Shown one piece after another: positions 49,210 through 62,752 of a DNA stretch of 64,000 bases. Position numbers and translations under genes: made by a program. Positions within the stretch are counted from its first letter, which is position 1; every line of letters begins with the position of its first letter. This DNA is from Malacoraja senta (Eukaryota). The stretch spans positions 11,596,001 to 11,660,000 of the forward strand of contig CM075988.1 in the NCBI GenBank assembly GCA_038087875.1, written 5' to 3'. The notes beneath the pieces were generated by a model. The model saw only the letters and a list, made by a program, of their open reading frames with translations. It searched no databases and was not told the DNA's origin.

Positions 49210-50430
49210 TCACTGAACCTTGAAACACAGTAGGAGGCCATTTGACCATCATGCTTGTGTCAATTTTTTTGAAAGTACCATCCAATTAGTTCCACTCTCC
49301 TGTTCTTGGACAGCACTCCGATTATTTGTTTTCTGTTTCAAGGACATACAGTGTACAATTCACTTCTCAAGTTGTCATAGAGTTTTGTGGCACAGTGACT
49401 GGAACTTCGGCCCATCGAGTCTAGCTGCACTAAATCCATTTGCCCGCTTTAGGTCAGTATCCTTCTACACCTGGCATATTTACATATCTATCTAAATGTC
49501 TCTTAAATGGAATGATCGCATCAGATTCCACACCTCCGCTGGCTGTACATTCCAGATGTCAACCACTCTTTTTTTTAAACTGCCTCTCAAATCCTCTTTA
49601 AAAAGCCTTCCTCTCAAAAACAAATTTGACTATTTACCCAATCAATGGTTCTCAGGATCTTGCATTTTATCAGATCGCTCCCCAGAGCCTTGTCCTCTCC
49701 AGTGTAAACAAGCCCAGCCTATCAATCTCTTCCCATTACTAAATTACAACGTTTCAGACCACATCCAGGTGAATCTCCACTCTCTCCATGGCAACCTACA
49801 GTGTGGCAATCGGAACTGCAAGCATGCATCACTCCAAGTGTAGCCTCTAGACTGTTTTGTAAAGTTGCAACACTACATTGCAAACTCTTGTATTTCATGC
49901 CCTGAGCTATGAAAGCAAGATGCCATTGGCCTTCTTCCCAGTGGTATCAACCTGCGTTGACACTTTTAGGGAACTATTAAATTGGACCCGAGGTCTCATT
50001 GTTTACCATCATTCCTTTGATTTACTGTCCATGTCCTAGCTCTACCTGACAACCACACTTGTTGTAGCCTTTGACAACTTCTCTATCTGTAATAATAACC
50101 CCTCTATCTTTCATACCACCAATTTTTATGCCATCCATAACCTTGCTAATTGTAGCTCCTACATTCGCATCTAAGTTGTTAATGTGTATCACAAACATTA
50201 AAGGTCTTGGTACCAATCCCTGTTGCACCATTTGTCATGGACTTTCATCAGAAAACATCTTTTTTTCTGCTGCACTCTGCCTCCTATCACCAAGCCAATT
50301 TTGAATCCAATTCGCCAGCTTGTCTTTGATCCCTTCTGGAGTAGCCTTGCTAAAGGCCATATAAATCACATCTACTACTCTGCCTTCATCAATGCCTCTG
50401 TTAAAAGTTTCCTTCTCTGCGTTACATAAC
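49210..50430 (-). mobile_element. Old CR1 relics (3' end and RT pieces)
   Basis: Fragments DEGRVVDVIYMAFSKA, LANWIQNWLGDRRQ and PLMFVIHINNLD. Confidence 0.75.
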
Positions 50431-50612
50431 TCCTTGATATTGTTCAAATATCCACACGTTGCAGTCTCACCGAGCCCTTGGCCCACTTCTGAAAACACGG
50501 TCTCTGCGGTCTCAGTCTCAAAGCATTATCCTTTCCTCCTCCCCCCCCCCCCCCCCCCCCATATTTAGGTCGCCTCCTAGTAAGAGGAAGACTAGAAAGT
50601 GAAATAGTCCAA

Positions 50613-50782
50613 CTCTCCCTCAGCCCACTGGCTCCACCTCTTCCTTTCTTCTTCCCGCCCCCCCTCCCCCCACCCCCCACCCTCACATCAGTCTGAAGAA
50701 GGGTCTCGACCCGAAACGTGGCCTATTTCCTTCGCTCCATAGATGTTGCCTCACCCGCTGAGTTTCTCCAGCATTTGTGTCT
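50613..50782 (+). mobile_element. Penelope terminal fragment with a hammerhead core (family B)
   Basis: C-rich tract followed by CTGAAGAAGGGTCTCGACCCGAAACGT; 9-bp TSD ATAGTCCAA at 50604-50612 and 50783-50791. Confidence 0.82.
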
Positions 50783-51499
50783 ATAGTCCAATGCACAGCT
50801 CCTTAAATAATGCCAAGTAGAGCAATGAGATTGTCACTGTCCTTCACTCCCAGTTTCAGTAAAATAACAATGGAAATGGACTCTGGGAAACAAGATGAAT
50901 CTTTCTAACCTGGTGCAGAAGCACTGGTGAAGTATGATGGCAGGCAGAATTAACATTTTGCCTTTCTCTGGGGAGCAGTGTACAGTGGAATTTCCACAAT
51001 TACCAAGTCCACAGCAGCAAGATTCTAATTTTCGGAACACTTAGGAAGGGGTGACACGGTGGTGCAGCCTGTAGTGTCGTTGCCTCACATTGCCAGAGAC
51101 CCGGCTTCAAACCTGACATTGGGCGCTATCTGCGTGGAGTTTGTACGTTCCCTTGTGGCCATGTAGGTTTCGTCCGAGTACTTCAATTTCCAGACTCCAT
51201 TTGCGTATCACACAGATTTTGTTGTACAATACAGAACTTAAACATATTTTAACTCTCAAGTAAATATTCGAGAATAGTTTGAGTCCATCTTCATCAATGA
51301 TCCAACATTTGAGATTATCGGAGGCAGGCCCGTGGGCTATCTCGGTTTGTATTGTTCATTTTTAACCATTTTTAATGTTGGCTGGATCTTTATTTTTTTT
51401 GCTGACCTTTGAACATCCTGGCAACTCAAATACATCATGGACTGCCTTGGTGAAAAAATAAGTGCATGTCACAATTGTTTATGGATAGATGATAGCGTC

Positions 51500-52090
51500 T
51501 TAGAATGATACAGTGTGGAAACAGGCCCTTCGGCCCAACTTGCCCACACAGGCTAACATGTCCCAGCTACATTAGTCCCACTTGCCCGCGTTTGGTCCCT
51601 ATCCCACCAAACCTGTCGAATCCATGTACCTGTCTAACTGTTTCTTAGATGTTTGGATAGTCCCAGCGTCAACTACCTCTTCTGGCAACTTGTTCCATAC
51701 ACCTACCCTTGTGTGAAAAAATTACCCCTCAGATTCCGATTAAATCTGTTCCCCTTCACCTTAAACCCATGTCCTCTGGTCCTCCATTCACCTACTCTGG
51801 GCAAGAAAAGGGCCTGTCCCACTTTCACGACCTAATTCACGACCTCTGCCGAGTTTGTCCTTGACTCATACTCGCAGCATGGTCGTCACGAGGTCGTAGG
51901 AGATCGTAGGTAGGTCGTAGCATGCCGTGATGCTAGTCATAGGTACTCATGGCATCAAGTAGGACGGGGTGTTTTTTCTAGCATGATGAAAAATGTCCAC
52001 GAGTAAAAAAGGTTGTGAAATAGGTAGTGAAAGTGGGACGGACCCTAGACTGTGCATCTACCTGATCAATTCCTCTCATGATGCGGAATT
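51500..52090 (-). mobile_element. CR1 3' fragment interrupted by a MITE
   Basis: CR1 sequence ...CTGGGCAAGA | GACTGTGCATCTACC... flanks the MITE. Confidence 0.8.
51809..52046. mobile_element. PIF/Harbinger-type MITE
   Basis: TIRs AGGGCCTGTCCCACTTTCAC / GTGAAAGTGGGACGGACCCT; no ORF. Confidence 0.8.
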
Positions 52091-52449
52091 GTTTTCCAAG
52101 TTCCTCATCTGGGACCCCACCATTGACACTATTCTCCTCAAAAGTCTCATCCTCTCTGAAATCAGATATCAAGAGAAGGTTACCTTCTCCATCGTCCCCA
52201 GTACACTCACTGATGCTACAAAGCCTGATTCAGAGTCCTCGGGGAATAGTGTATCAATGGGGCTAACTGCCAGGCTGCAATCTTATCATAAGATGAGGGG
52301 GAAAAAATCTCCCTCACATGTGGGGAAAAGCCAAAATGTCAAGAGTTCCTCAATTGAAATGCCTCCTCGCACTCAGTCTGGTAAACTGGATCTGGCTATT
52401 TCAAGGACTCGGTGTTTGAGTAAAATGACAGTAGAGATTAGTATTTTAA

Positions 52450-54000
52450 TGGGATTAGTATTGGAATGGGATTACCTTGTTAAAGTATTGCAAACATTTC
52501 AAATGGGAGAGAATTTTATCGCTTGGGTAAAACTATTATATGACAGGGCTACTGGATTGGATAGTAATGGCGAGAGAGGATTGTTCCCCTTTTAATATAG
52601 GAGCGATCCTTCTCTCACCAACAAAATTGAAGAATACAATGTACAGTAAAAATCCAATTATTCATAGTACAATTAGAATTTGGAAACAAATAAAATTAAC
52701 TTTAAAATTAAGAAATCTATCGCTTCTTTCACCTATAATGAATAATCCTTCGTTTAAACCATCTATTATAGATAAATCTTATACTGGGATAGATTAGGAA
52801 TTAAAACGTTTGGAGACATGTATGATAATGGAAGTTTTTTTTATCATTTCACCAACTACAACTTAAATACAACTTGAGTAGTAATCAATATTTTAAATAT
52901 TTTCAAATACGTGACTATTTGAAAAAATATACACAAGAATATCAAAATATGTCTCCAGACCTATTAGACGAGACAATGAATATAAAAGCGGAATCAACTA
53001 ATTTACTATCATAACTGTATAATACTATCCTAAATATAGCAATACCATCATCTGATAAGATTAGAAGAGATTGGGAAAAAGAACTAGCTATAAAAATCTC
53101 GAAAGAGAGTTGGGATAAACGCTTGTTATATGTGCATAAATGCTCGATTAATGTAAGACACATACTAATTCAATTTAAAATTTTACATAGATTATACTAT
53201 TCAAAAGCTAAAATAAGTAAATTTTACCCAAATGTCTCTTCTATCTGTGATAAATGTCTAACCCAAGAATCAACTATAGCACATTTTTTTTGTTTTTTGT
53301 ATAAAAATTGAAAAATTTTGGAATGAAATCTTTGAAATTTTCACGAAATTATTTAAAATAAAACTGAAACCGAATGCAGAACTAATTATTTTTGGAACAA
53401 TTGAAGCCAGTTTGGAGCTGACTTCGTTTCAAAAGAGCTTTCTTAATTATGGCTTAATAATGGAAAAAAAACCTACACTGAAATTTTGGAAAAACGCTCC
53501 CACGCCAACGATAAAAATGTGGATTTCTAATATGTCGGAGCTGTTACACCTAGAAGATATGAGATTCCTCTTAGCAGGTAAACCAGACCATTTCCAACAG
53601 ATTTGGTCTCCATTTATCGACTTATTACAAACATAGGGTGCAACAAAATGTTGATAATAAATGGTTTCAGGACCTGGCGAGGGGTTAGTAAAGATATGAA
53701 GTAGGTACATCCCTCTTATCTTGTCTTATCTTATCTTACTTTATTTTTTTTATTTTTCTTCCTTTTGGTTTTTTCTTTTTGTTTAACTCTTGCTTGTGGT
53801 TTAGGTCCCTATGGGGTTTCTTGGACCACTGTTTCACTCACTCACTTACTATCTCTGCTAACTCTCTATCCTTTTTCTTATTAAAGTTTAAGATAAGAAG
53901 TGGTACAAGAAATGTATAATTTTAAGTTTGTTTGAGATTATTGTACTGTACAATACTTCTAATAAAAAATAAAAAATAAAAAAATAAAAATAAATAAAAA
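52450..54000 (+). mobile_element. L1-clade LINE 3' portion with a poly(A) tail, internally deleted
   Basis: EWDYLVKVLQTFQMGENFIAWVKLLY (L1 RT region), IQFKILHRLYYS...CDKC...H (Cys-rich C-terminus), AATAAA and an A-rich tail at 53961-54000. Confidence 0.88.
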
Positions 54001-54144
54001 GAGATTAGTATTTTACTCTGCTCTGAATATTAACACAACTGTGACAGACAATGAGTGGGATGTGAGGCTCTGAATACCTGGCCAGCTCCAGCTTACACTG
54101 GATAAAATGGCACCAAAATCTGGTGATTATTGCAAAAGTTCCTA

Positions 54145-54472
54145 AGTTCATAAGTGATAGGAGCAGAAATAAGCCATTCTGCCCATCAACGCAGCTCTGC
54201 CATTCAATCATGGCTGATCTATCTTTCACTCTCAACTCTATTCTCCTGCCTTCTCCCATAACCCCTGACACCTGTACTAATCAAGAATCAATCAATCTCT
54301 GCCTTAAAATGTCCATTGACTTGGCCTCCACAGGCTTCTGTGGCAATGAATTTCACAGATTCACCACACTAAATAAACTCCTCCTCATCTCCTTCCAAAA
54401 GATGCATCCTTTTATTCTGAGCCTTTGGCCTCTGGCCCTGGACTCTCCCATTAGTGGAAACATCCTCTCCAC
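54145..54472 (-). mobile_element. CR1 3' fragment
   Basis: Paralog of 42715-43195. Confidence 0.85.
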
Positions 54473-55236
54473 ATTGCATATGGACTCAGTGGGCTGTTTC
54501 TATGGATGGGGTACTTAATCGGGGATTGTCTTTATGTATGATAATAATCACACTGATCAATATGTTAAAAATATATTCCACTGTACTTTTGGTGCATGTG
54601 CCAATTTAAAAAAAACCTATGTAATAGGAAACTGATTGCAGCATATTATTTCCCCCAGTAAAATGTAGCAAAAGGAAAATACTTACCTAATGCAAAGTAT
54701 GCATGTAAAATCAGTCCCAGTGTTCAGGCCTGTTTAACATAATAATTTCCTAACATCTCTGTCCTAGCTGAAAAGCCTGGTGTCATGATGTGCGGCAATA
54801 TTAATGTTCAGATCATAAGTATGATAATTGATAAAAGATTGAGGCCTGTGACACTTCTTACTTTCTACATCTGTTCTTCCTGTATTCCATAATCCAAACA
54901 ACAAGATAGGGGATGTGACTCTATGGTGATTATTACTATTGGGTTGTAAAACAGATCAAACTGCTACTGTTAAATTGGTCAGGTGTAATCAGTAGGTTTT
55001 GTTCTCACAATGGTTATATCTCCACATGCTGTAAGATCACTGTTCTACCAATTCATCTCGTGGGATTTCACTGAACCTCTCAGCAATGAGTCTTGAAGAT
55101 CCCACAATTTTCTGTTCTAATACTTATCCCAATGCTTCAGACAAGTGGCATTCATAATCAGGCGGTGTTCATGTGGATGGCAGCAATGAATAGAAGCCTA
55201 AAACATGGCCTCTCTTGTGTACTAACTCACTACAGT

Positions 55237-55539
55237 TCACTGGAGCAGTAGCATTGCTGCCTTTCAACGCTAGAGACCTGGGTTTGATCCTGACTACGGG
55301 TGCTGTATGTAAGGAGTTTGCATGTTCTCCCCGTGACCTGCATGGGTTCTCACCGGGAACTCCGGTTTTCTCCCGCACTCCAAAGACGAACAGGTTTGTA
55401 GGTTAATTGGCTTGGTAAAATTGTAAATTGTCCCTAGAGTGTGTAGGATAGTGTTAATGTTCAGGGATCGCTGGCTGGCACCGACTCGGTGGGCTGAAGG
55501 GCCTGCTTCCATTTGATATCTCTAAACTAAACTAAACTC
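55237..55539 (+). mobile_element. HE1/V-SINE
   Basis: B-box, V-domain and (CTAAA)n tail. Confidence 0.88.
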
Positions 55540-55544
55540 AGTGT

Positions 55545-55648
55545 CCTTCAGTCTGAAGAAGGGTCTCAACACGAAACGTCACCCATTCTTTCTCTCCAGA
55601 GATGCTGCCTGTCCTGCTGAGTTACTTCAGCATTTTGTGTCTAAACTC
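55545..55648 (+). mobile_element. Single-arm hammerhead element (family A)
   Basis: CTGAAGAAGGGTCTCAACACGAAACGTC; direct repeat AACTCAGTGT at 55535-55544 and 55649-55658. Confidence 0.8.
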
Positions 55649-56037
55649 AACTCAGTGTGGTCTTCTATCTTACACTCTCATACTTAGTATGAGTGTGCCC
55701 AATGTGTTGTAAGATGTTAACTGAACTGTATGCAAAAAAAATGTACTTGGGTACACATGACAATAAGATACCATTGAAGTGATTTCATTTGCTGAATCCC
55801 AGGTGGGATTTGAATCCATGTTACTAAATTATTAGCTGCTTGATTGGTAATAGCCGAAGAGCAATATGACCAGTCTGCTATTATAACTGAATATGCAGCT
55901 TTAGTGGTCTTTTACTACGTTGCAATGTTCCATGTTACTTTATAACGAGAGGTCACGGTACCTATTCTCAAACTGGAATGACTTATTAAGGTAGGTTAGG
56001 AACCCTGTCTTCCAGCTGTAAAGAGAAATGTTTCAGT

Positions 56038-56280
56038 TTGAAAGGCTTGGATAGAGTGGATATGGAAAGGATGCTTCCACTAGTGGGATGGAGGTCAAAG
56101 CTTCAGAATTAAAGCATGTTCTTTTAGGAAGGAGGTGAGGGGGAATTTCTTTAGTCAGAGGGTGGTGGATCTGTGGAATTGGTTGCCACAGATGGCTGTG
56201 GAGGCAAAGTCAGTGGATATATTTGAGGCAGAGATAGATAGATTCTTGATTAGTATGGGTGTCAGAGGTTATCAGGAGAA
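56038..56280 (+). mobile_element. CR1 3' fragment
   Basis: RGNFFSQRVVDLWNWLPQMAVEAKSVDIFEAEIDRFL. Confidence 0.85.
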
Positions 56281-58006
56281 GTGTCGCAACCAGCTTCATT
56301 CAGATTTAAATTTTATTCAACTTTTTTGCTGCTAATGAAATAATTGTTTGAAGCCGTCAAACCTCTTAGTAATATTCTCACTGGTGATTCCTTTTATTTA
56401 CTATTCTTATGCACTTGTTTAAAAATCAAATTGAGTTTTTAATTACCAATGCCCTTATAGTATTTAAACAGTCTAAAAGTGGATACATTGATGTCTTAAG
56501 AACTGTGCTGTGCGTGTCCTTTCATTAAGTAAATGACTTGATGAAGGCTGCTAATGGCATCTCATCAGAGTCAGTGCAGCCTCCACTGTGGCTCCAGTCA
56601 CTTCTCCTGCTATGAATGGAATTTGTCTGCTGTTCATTACTCACAATCTCCTTTGAGATGCAGTCTAATCAGTGCCAATGCCTTCCAAATAGCTGCCTTG
56701 ATCCAACATGGATATTGGTAATAGCTCCTCAGAAGGCATCATTTCAGTGTTCTGATAATATCCCAGTAGAATTGTGTTATTTGTACAGAGACATGTGCAA
56801 CATGAATAGCAGCACAGGAAGAATCCCAGTATCCCTCTATAGAGAGTATGCGATTTTGAATGCACTTTTTCAATGGTTTGATGGTACTTTATTGTCATAT
56901 ATAACTAAGTACGGTAAAATTCTTATTTTGCATGCAGTTCACTAAACATTTCTTGTATATTTTTTTGAAAGGAAGGACAAAAAACTAAAGATGGGGTTGA
57001 CAGTGAACCCTGCTAAGAAATGGAAGAAGGAGTCAAAAAGGCAATGAATAGAGATGTGCGGGACAACTTTGTTTACACAGAGGGTGGTGATAGCCTGCAA
57101 TGCACTTCCAGGGGTGGTAGTTGAGGTAGATACAATACTGGTATTTAAGAGGCTTTTGGATGGGCACATGGATATGGAGGGATGTGGATTATGCGCAGGT
57201 AGATAAGAGATGGTATTGGCATCGCATTTGCTCAGACATTGTGGGCCAAAGGGCCTGTTCTTGTGCTGCATTGTTCAATGTTGCATGAATTAATGATTGG
57301 GAGTAAATCAACCATCCAGGCAAATATCATGCAAGTCGTGGTGTAATTTACATTTAATTGTGATTTTTGGATAAATTCTGTAAATACTAACTTTTACCTT
57401 AGTTGATGGGAAACTTCTTGAAACAATGAACGTAGATAAGATTGCTTGGACATGGAGATTGATTATGGAAAACCAGCATAGATTTGTTTAAAGTTATCCA
57501 TGTCTAACTAACTTGACAGAGTTATTCGATGAAGGAATAGAGAGGGCTGTTTTCTAGGGCATATTGTTCATGCATAGAGAGACTTCCAAAGAGTATTTCA
57601 TGAGAGGTTTGTCATCAAGACTGAAATAGATAGAATAAAATGATCTGTTGCAACATGGATAGACACCAGTCTAAGAACAGCAAATACTTGGAGGCAAAGA
57701 TTATCTTTCAGATGAGATGGGAGGGTGCAGTTGAGTTTCTTGGGGATTCAAAATGGGGCTCCTGGTTTTGACTTGGAAAATGTAGTGCACAACATGCAGA
57801 AATCTCAAAACTTGAAAGCATTATGATCTATGTGGAGGAGGAGAGTCATGAGCTAAGAGGCTATAGAGATGTGATTTAATGCAGAAAATAAAATGTGTTA
57901 CTTTTTGATAAGGAGAGTAAGAAGAGCCTAAAATAACTAAAGATTCAATTGCAAAAGGGGTACAAGAACCAAGAGATCTGGAGATAGACACCAAAAGTTG
58001 GAGTAA

Positions 58007-58248
58007 AGGGCCTGTCCCATTTGGCAATTTTTTTGGCGACTGCCGGCATCATATCAGTGTCGCCAAAAGATTTTGAACATTTCAAAATCAAGCGACGACA
58101 CAAAAAATGCTGCGACACTTGAAAAAACACCGCGCGTCATACGTCATCATGCCATCTCACGCCGCATCACACCACGTATTTTTCGATGACCTGATACGTC
58201 AGTCAATGATGCCGGCAGTCGCCGAAAAAATTGGCAAGTGGGACAGGC
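58007..58248. mobile_element. PIF/Harbinger-type MITE inserted at TAA within a hammerhead element
   Basis: Long imperfect TIRs GCCTGTCCCA.TTG.CAATTTTTT.GGCGACTGCCGGCATCAT; left flank TAA. Confidence 0.85.
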
Positions 58249-58650
58249 AGAATCTCTGGAGAGAAGGAATGGGTGACGTTTTGGGTCAAGACACTTCTTC
58301 AGACATCTGGAGGTGTATATGGAGACATAAATAGGAACAACAGATGCTGGTTTACAAAAATGGACACAAAGTGGGAAAATAACTCAGTGGGTCAGGCAGC
58401 ATCTCTAGAGAACAGGGATAGGCAATGTTCCGGGTCGGGACTCATCTTCAGACCGACCTGAAACGTCACCTATTCATGTTCTCCAGAAATGCTGCCTGGC
58501 CAGATGAATTACTCCTGTATTTTGCATCTTTTTCTGGAGGTATATGTGTTTGTTTATTTGAATGTCACAAAAATAATCAAACAATCATGCTGGATCCTAG
58601 GCTTTATAAGGAGAGACATGGAGTAGGGAAGTCACCATGAACTTTAATAA

Positions 58651-59318
58651 AGGGCCTGTCCCACTTGGGCGACTTTTTAGGCGAGTGTAGGAGACTCTGC
58701 GCTCGCCACATGATCGCCACATGGTCACCACATGTTCGCTGGTGGTCTCAGGTGAGTCTCCTTCATGGTCGCGAGGAATTCCCGCATTCTGGGAACTAGT
58801 CGCGGCCTCAGTATGGTTGCCACAAATTTTTCAACATGTTGACATTGAAGAAAATTGATACTTTGTATTTGTAGGTGCAGTGGTAGTGGGGTCGCCATGT
58901 AGTTATAGGTAGTCGAGCTAGTTGTAGGTAGTTTTAGTTAATCGCCTTTGCTGACCGGGCATTTTCATTGGCTCACTGGGGGGAAAAAAACATAAGCACG
59001 TGTGTTTTCAGAACCAAGGAGAACCGACCGGTAATGTTAAATGCCCACCAAACTTCACAGCTGTGTATCTCTGGCTTATTAAAAGTTGTCTGGCTTCTTA
59101 AAAGTGTCTCCACTCCTTCTCCCCCCTTCTCCCCCCCCTTTTCCCCCTTCTCCCCTCCCCCTTCTTTTAAAGGACTTACCGTACACTGTGCTAGCCGTCT
59201 TAACCTTCCTGTTCATCGCGGTGTGTGTCTGTATCACCTTGGCTTTGAACCGTGTGAATTTCAGACAGCGCTCCCCCACTTTCCCTGGCCCCGCCTTTGC
59301 TGTGTGTGTGTGTGTGTG

Positions 59319-59359
<41 letters not shown>

Positions 59360-59455
59360 GACACTCGCCATTCCAGTTCCCGGTTTATGAGCGAGTGCCG
59401 CGAACTAGACAGCGCCTGCAGTCCGCTGAAAAATCGCCCAAGTGGGACAGGCCCT
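58651..59455. mobile_element. PIF/Harbinger-type non-autonomous DNA transposon
   Basis: TIR AGGGCCTGTCCCACTTGGGCGA / TCGCCCAAGTGGGACAGGCCCT; TAA TSD at 58648-58650 and 59456-59458. Confidence 0.9.
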
Positions 59456-62339
59456 TAAGTGTTGGATTCAACACAACTCAAGTATTGAATAGAGATTTGG
59501 GAAAGATGTGAGGCCTAAAGAGAATTACAGAAGAAATTTACCAAAAAGATTCCAGAGAAAAGTGGCTTCAATTGGTGGGTAGACTGGAGAAGCTGGGATT
59601 GTTCTTCTTTGAACAGAGGAGGATGCAAGGGGATTTGATAGAAGTATTTCAAGTTTAAAGCATGTCATACAGATGGGGAGAAACTGTTCCCATGTATGTT
59701 CTCTGCACAAAAGCCAGAGGATCCAGTTTGAAGGTGGTTGGCATAAAACAAAAGTGACATGAGAAGTTTGTTAACGCCAGGTTTGGTTACAAAAAGAATC
59801 AAGAGACACACGAAATATCTGTTGGCAAGGTATTGATCATTGAGCATTTAGCCATGAGGTGGGAGTCCACCAGGTTTAATGTAACTGGTCAAATATTGGA
59901 TTGAAGTAGAACAGGTTTCCAATGATATTTTCCAGGCAAGTGTCAAGACAAATACGTAGTATATTGAGAGCTTGGCTATGACCGTTATGATCTATCTTGA
60001 TTTGTGGAGTGTAAAGCAAGGCAGTTTAATGATTAGTCTTGAGCCTCTTCTCTCAAAAAAATGTCTCAGTCTTTCACTAATTTCTACATGTAGTTCTTGT
60101 TACACCTGTGATAAGCTCCGATTGCAGGAAGACGTAAGTTGGTGGGAAGCATGGAACATCAGGTTGGCAAAAGACTAATTGTTATAAACCTTCCTTCTGG
60201 GTTGCAGAAAAGCAACTCATGATGTTGAGTTTCAAAAGTGTGGCCTCAATGGCCCGACGGGTTTGTTTCCACACTGTATCTCTAAACTGGCTCATCTCAG
60301 TTCCTCCGACAGCACTTCCTACATCAGGAACCACTACCACCGGAACAACAGAGGAGCAGAAACATGAGCACACTAACAGCACAGTGAAATTGTTTTGCAC
60401 AACCCACAAATGCACAGTAGGCGCCGTTTACAAAGAAGAACAAAAAGTTGAAAGACCAAAGTTTTATACGCATGTTGGAAGCCCAGGAAGGCCCTGGGTT
60501 GTTGCAGGTCCGCGACCCGACGTCCCTCTCCTCGCATCTGTGTTCCCGACAGGGTGGCCCCTCCTGCGGCCAAAGGGGTTGGAGCCGATACCCTCCCCTA
60601 CTGGCCCATTCCTACCGTCCATCGTCGCCAATCCCAGCGGCTCCCTCCTTGACTCTTACTCCATCATGACATGGAAATTTATAGCTGGTTCCTCTTTGTC
60701 ACTGTGCCTAGTGCCAGAAATCCTTATTCAACAACATTTGTGGAGTATCATCACTACAAGGGCTGCAGCAGTTCACCTGAGCAGCACACTGCTACCTCTC
60801 AAGAGCAGGTAGGGAAGGCAATTGCTAGCAATGGCCATATCCCGAGAAACAAATTAAAAGAACATTAGGAGGTTTGCTGTTGAACCTCAGCATATTTAAT
60901 TTGTGCATATCTAAGAAAATCTATGTTTATTCATTGCACGGGACTATCTTACTTGAATCCTTCATTTTTGCAAGTACAATATTCAGAAGCATGTGGTGTG
61001 TTTCCAATGAAGCCACTAAATAACGATGAAGAAGTAAGGAATTATGAGTCAAGGAGCTAAGCTCCCATCTTTGTTAGTTTCTGACAATCTCCATTTTCCT
61101 CATTGTGGAGATGATAGGATCCTGCCACTCTGCATAATAGAGTGTAATTGTTTGCTGAAGTAGGTCACAGCTGTGTTGTCTAGCTCTGTATTATCTCAGG
61201 GAATCAACTACTTCAATGCTAACTACATCCATGTCGATTGTTTATCATTTACACTGCGGCCATCAGGGGAGAATAGGTTATTACAATTAAGAGCATGCTG
61301 TTTGCATTGAAGCCAGATATATTTATGAGTTGATGTTATTGCAAAGAATGACTTTTCTTCTCCATCTGGGTTATTCTGTTCCTTTATTTTCCTGACTAGA
61401 ATGTTTGCAGGCTGTATGCTTCCCAATACACAAAGTCCCTGAAAATGCAGGAGTACGGAAACACTAATTAATTCACCCTCTAATTAACCTGCTTGAAAAT
61501 GTGTGCTTGGATTTTACAGCTAGTGACAAGTTGAATAAAAAACGCGCTGAGTTTGATTAAAATAGAAGGCTGCCCACAAAGTTTTAAGAGATTTTGTGAA
61601 GGTTTTTATACACAGACCGGTTGATATCTGGAACGTGCTGCCAGGGTAGGTTGTTGAATCGGATGCAATTACTGATATAAGAGGCATTTAAACAGGCACA
61701 TAAATAAGCAAAGCATTGAAGAACTTGGTGTAATGCAGGTTAAAAAATCGCAATGGACATGATGAGCTGAAGGGCCTGCTTCTGTACTGTACAAATCTCT
61801 GACGCTAAACCACAGTTGACAAATTGGCTTAAAGGGAAAATCCAATATGCATTAAAAAAATTATCTGAAATACCAAATGAAAATATATGTAAACATTAAT
61901 TTTACATGAACAATGAAACTCCAATCTTATGAGCAGTTGAAGGCTGGAGACATTGTTGACCAAAATTATAACATATTAAGCATTTTAAAAACTCTAGTTG
62001 ATTGAACGAGACTAAGCATTTTTATCCATCCTTACAATGAGAAGAATGAAAAAGAGGTATAACTTTGCTTTCGAAACCAGATAATATCTACAGTGCATCA
62101 GTTTACTGCAACATCAGGGCACTCTTCCTGCAGTGGGACAGTGCATTTATCTTGTGTTTAAACAGTGATAATTGATTGCCCTGTTGTTTCAACAACCTCA
62201 GTTTCCAGTTGAATGTATTTTATTTATTTCTCACACAGCTCTATCCCTATTCAACTTCCAAGGAATGTTGCTCAGATATACAGTAGTTGGAAATTCTGTG
62301 TCATAATAACCATTTGTTTTGAAATTAATATTGATGGTA

Positions 62340-62620
62340 GTTTGCTTTAGAGAAACGGGCCCTTCGGCCCACCAAGTCCACGCCGACCGGCGATCCACAC
62401 ACATTAACACTATCCTACGCACACGAGGGACAATTTACACTTATAACAAGCCAATTTACCGACAAACCTGTACGTCTTTGGAGTGTAGGAGGAAATCAAA
62501 GATCTCGGAGAAAACTCACGGGGAGAAATTACAAACTCCGTACAGATGGGATCGGATCCGGGTCTCCAACACTGCAAGCGCTATAAGGTAGCAACTCTAC
62601 CGCTGCGCCACCATGCCGCC
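62340..62620 (-). mobile_element. HE1/V-SINE
   Basis: Reverse-strand head GGCGGCATGGTGGCGCAGCGGTAGAGTTGC. Confidence 0.85.
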
Positions 62621-62632
62621 CGGTACAATAAC

Positions 62633-62752
62633 AACAGTGGCACAGTAGTAGAGCTGCTGCCTTATAGCACCAGAGACCCGGGTTCGATCCTAACTATGGG
62701 GTGCTGTCTGTGTGGAGTATGTACCATGCTGTATCTCTAAACTAAACTAAAC
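62633..62752 (+). mobile_element. Internally deleted HE1/V-SINE, head-to-head with the previous copy
   Basis: tRNA head joined directly to the GTATCTCTAAACTAAAC tail. Confidence 0.8.

Noticed and set aside
51993..52595. 200-aa ORF
   Set aside because: Chimeric read-through across MITE, CR1 and L1 fragments
934..58540. Recurrent palindromic repeats as a CRISPR-like array
   Set aside because: Dispersed, irregularly spaced and TSD-flanked in eukaryotic DNA; no spacers or cas genes
60219..60812. 197-aa ORF
   Set aside because: Crosses several repeat fragments (SINE tail, LINE pieces, GC-rich insert) and has no coherent domain
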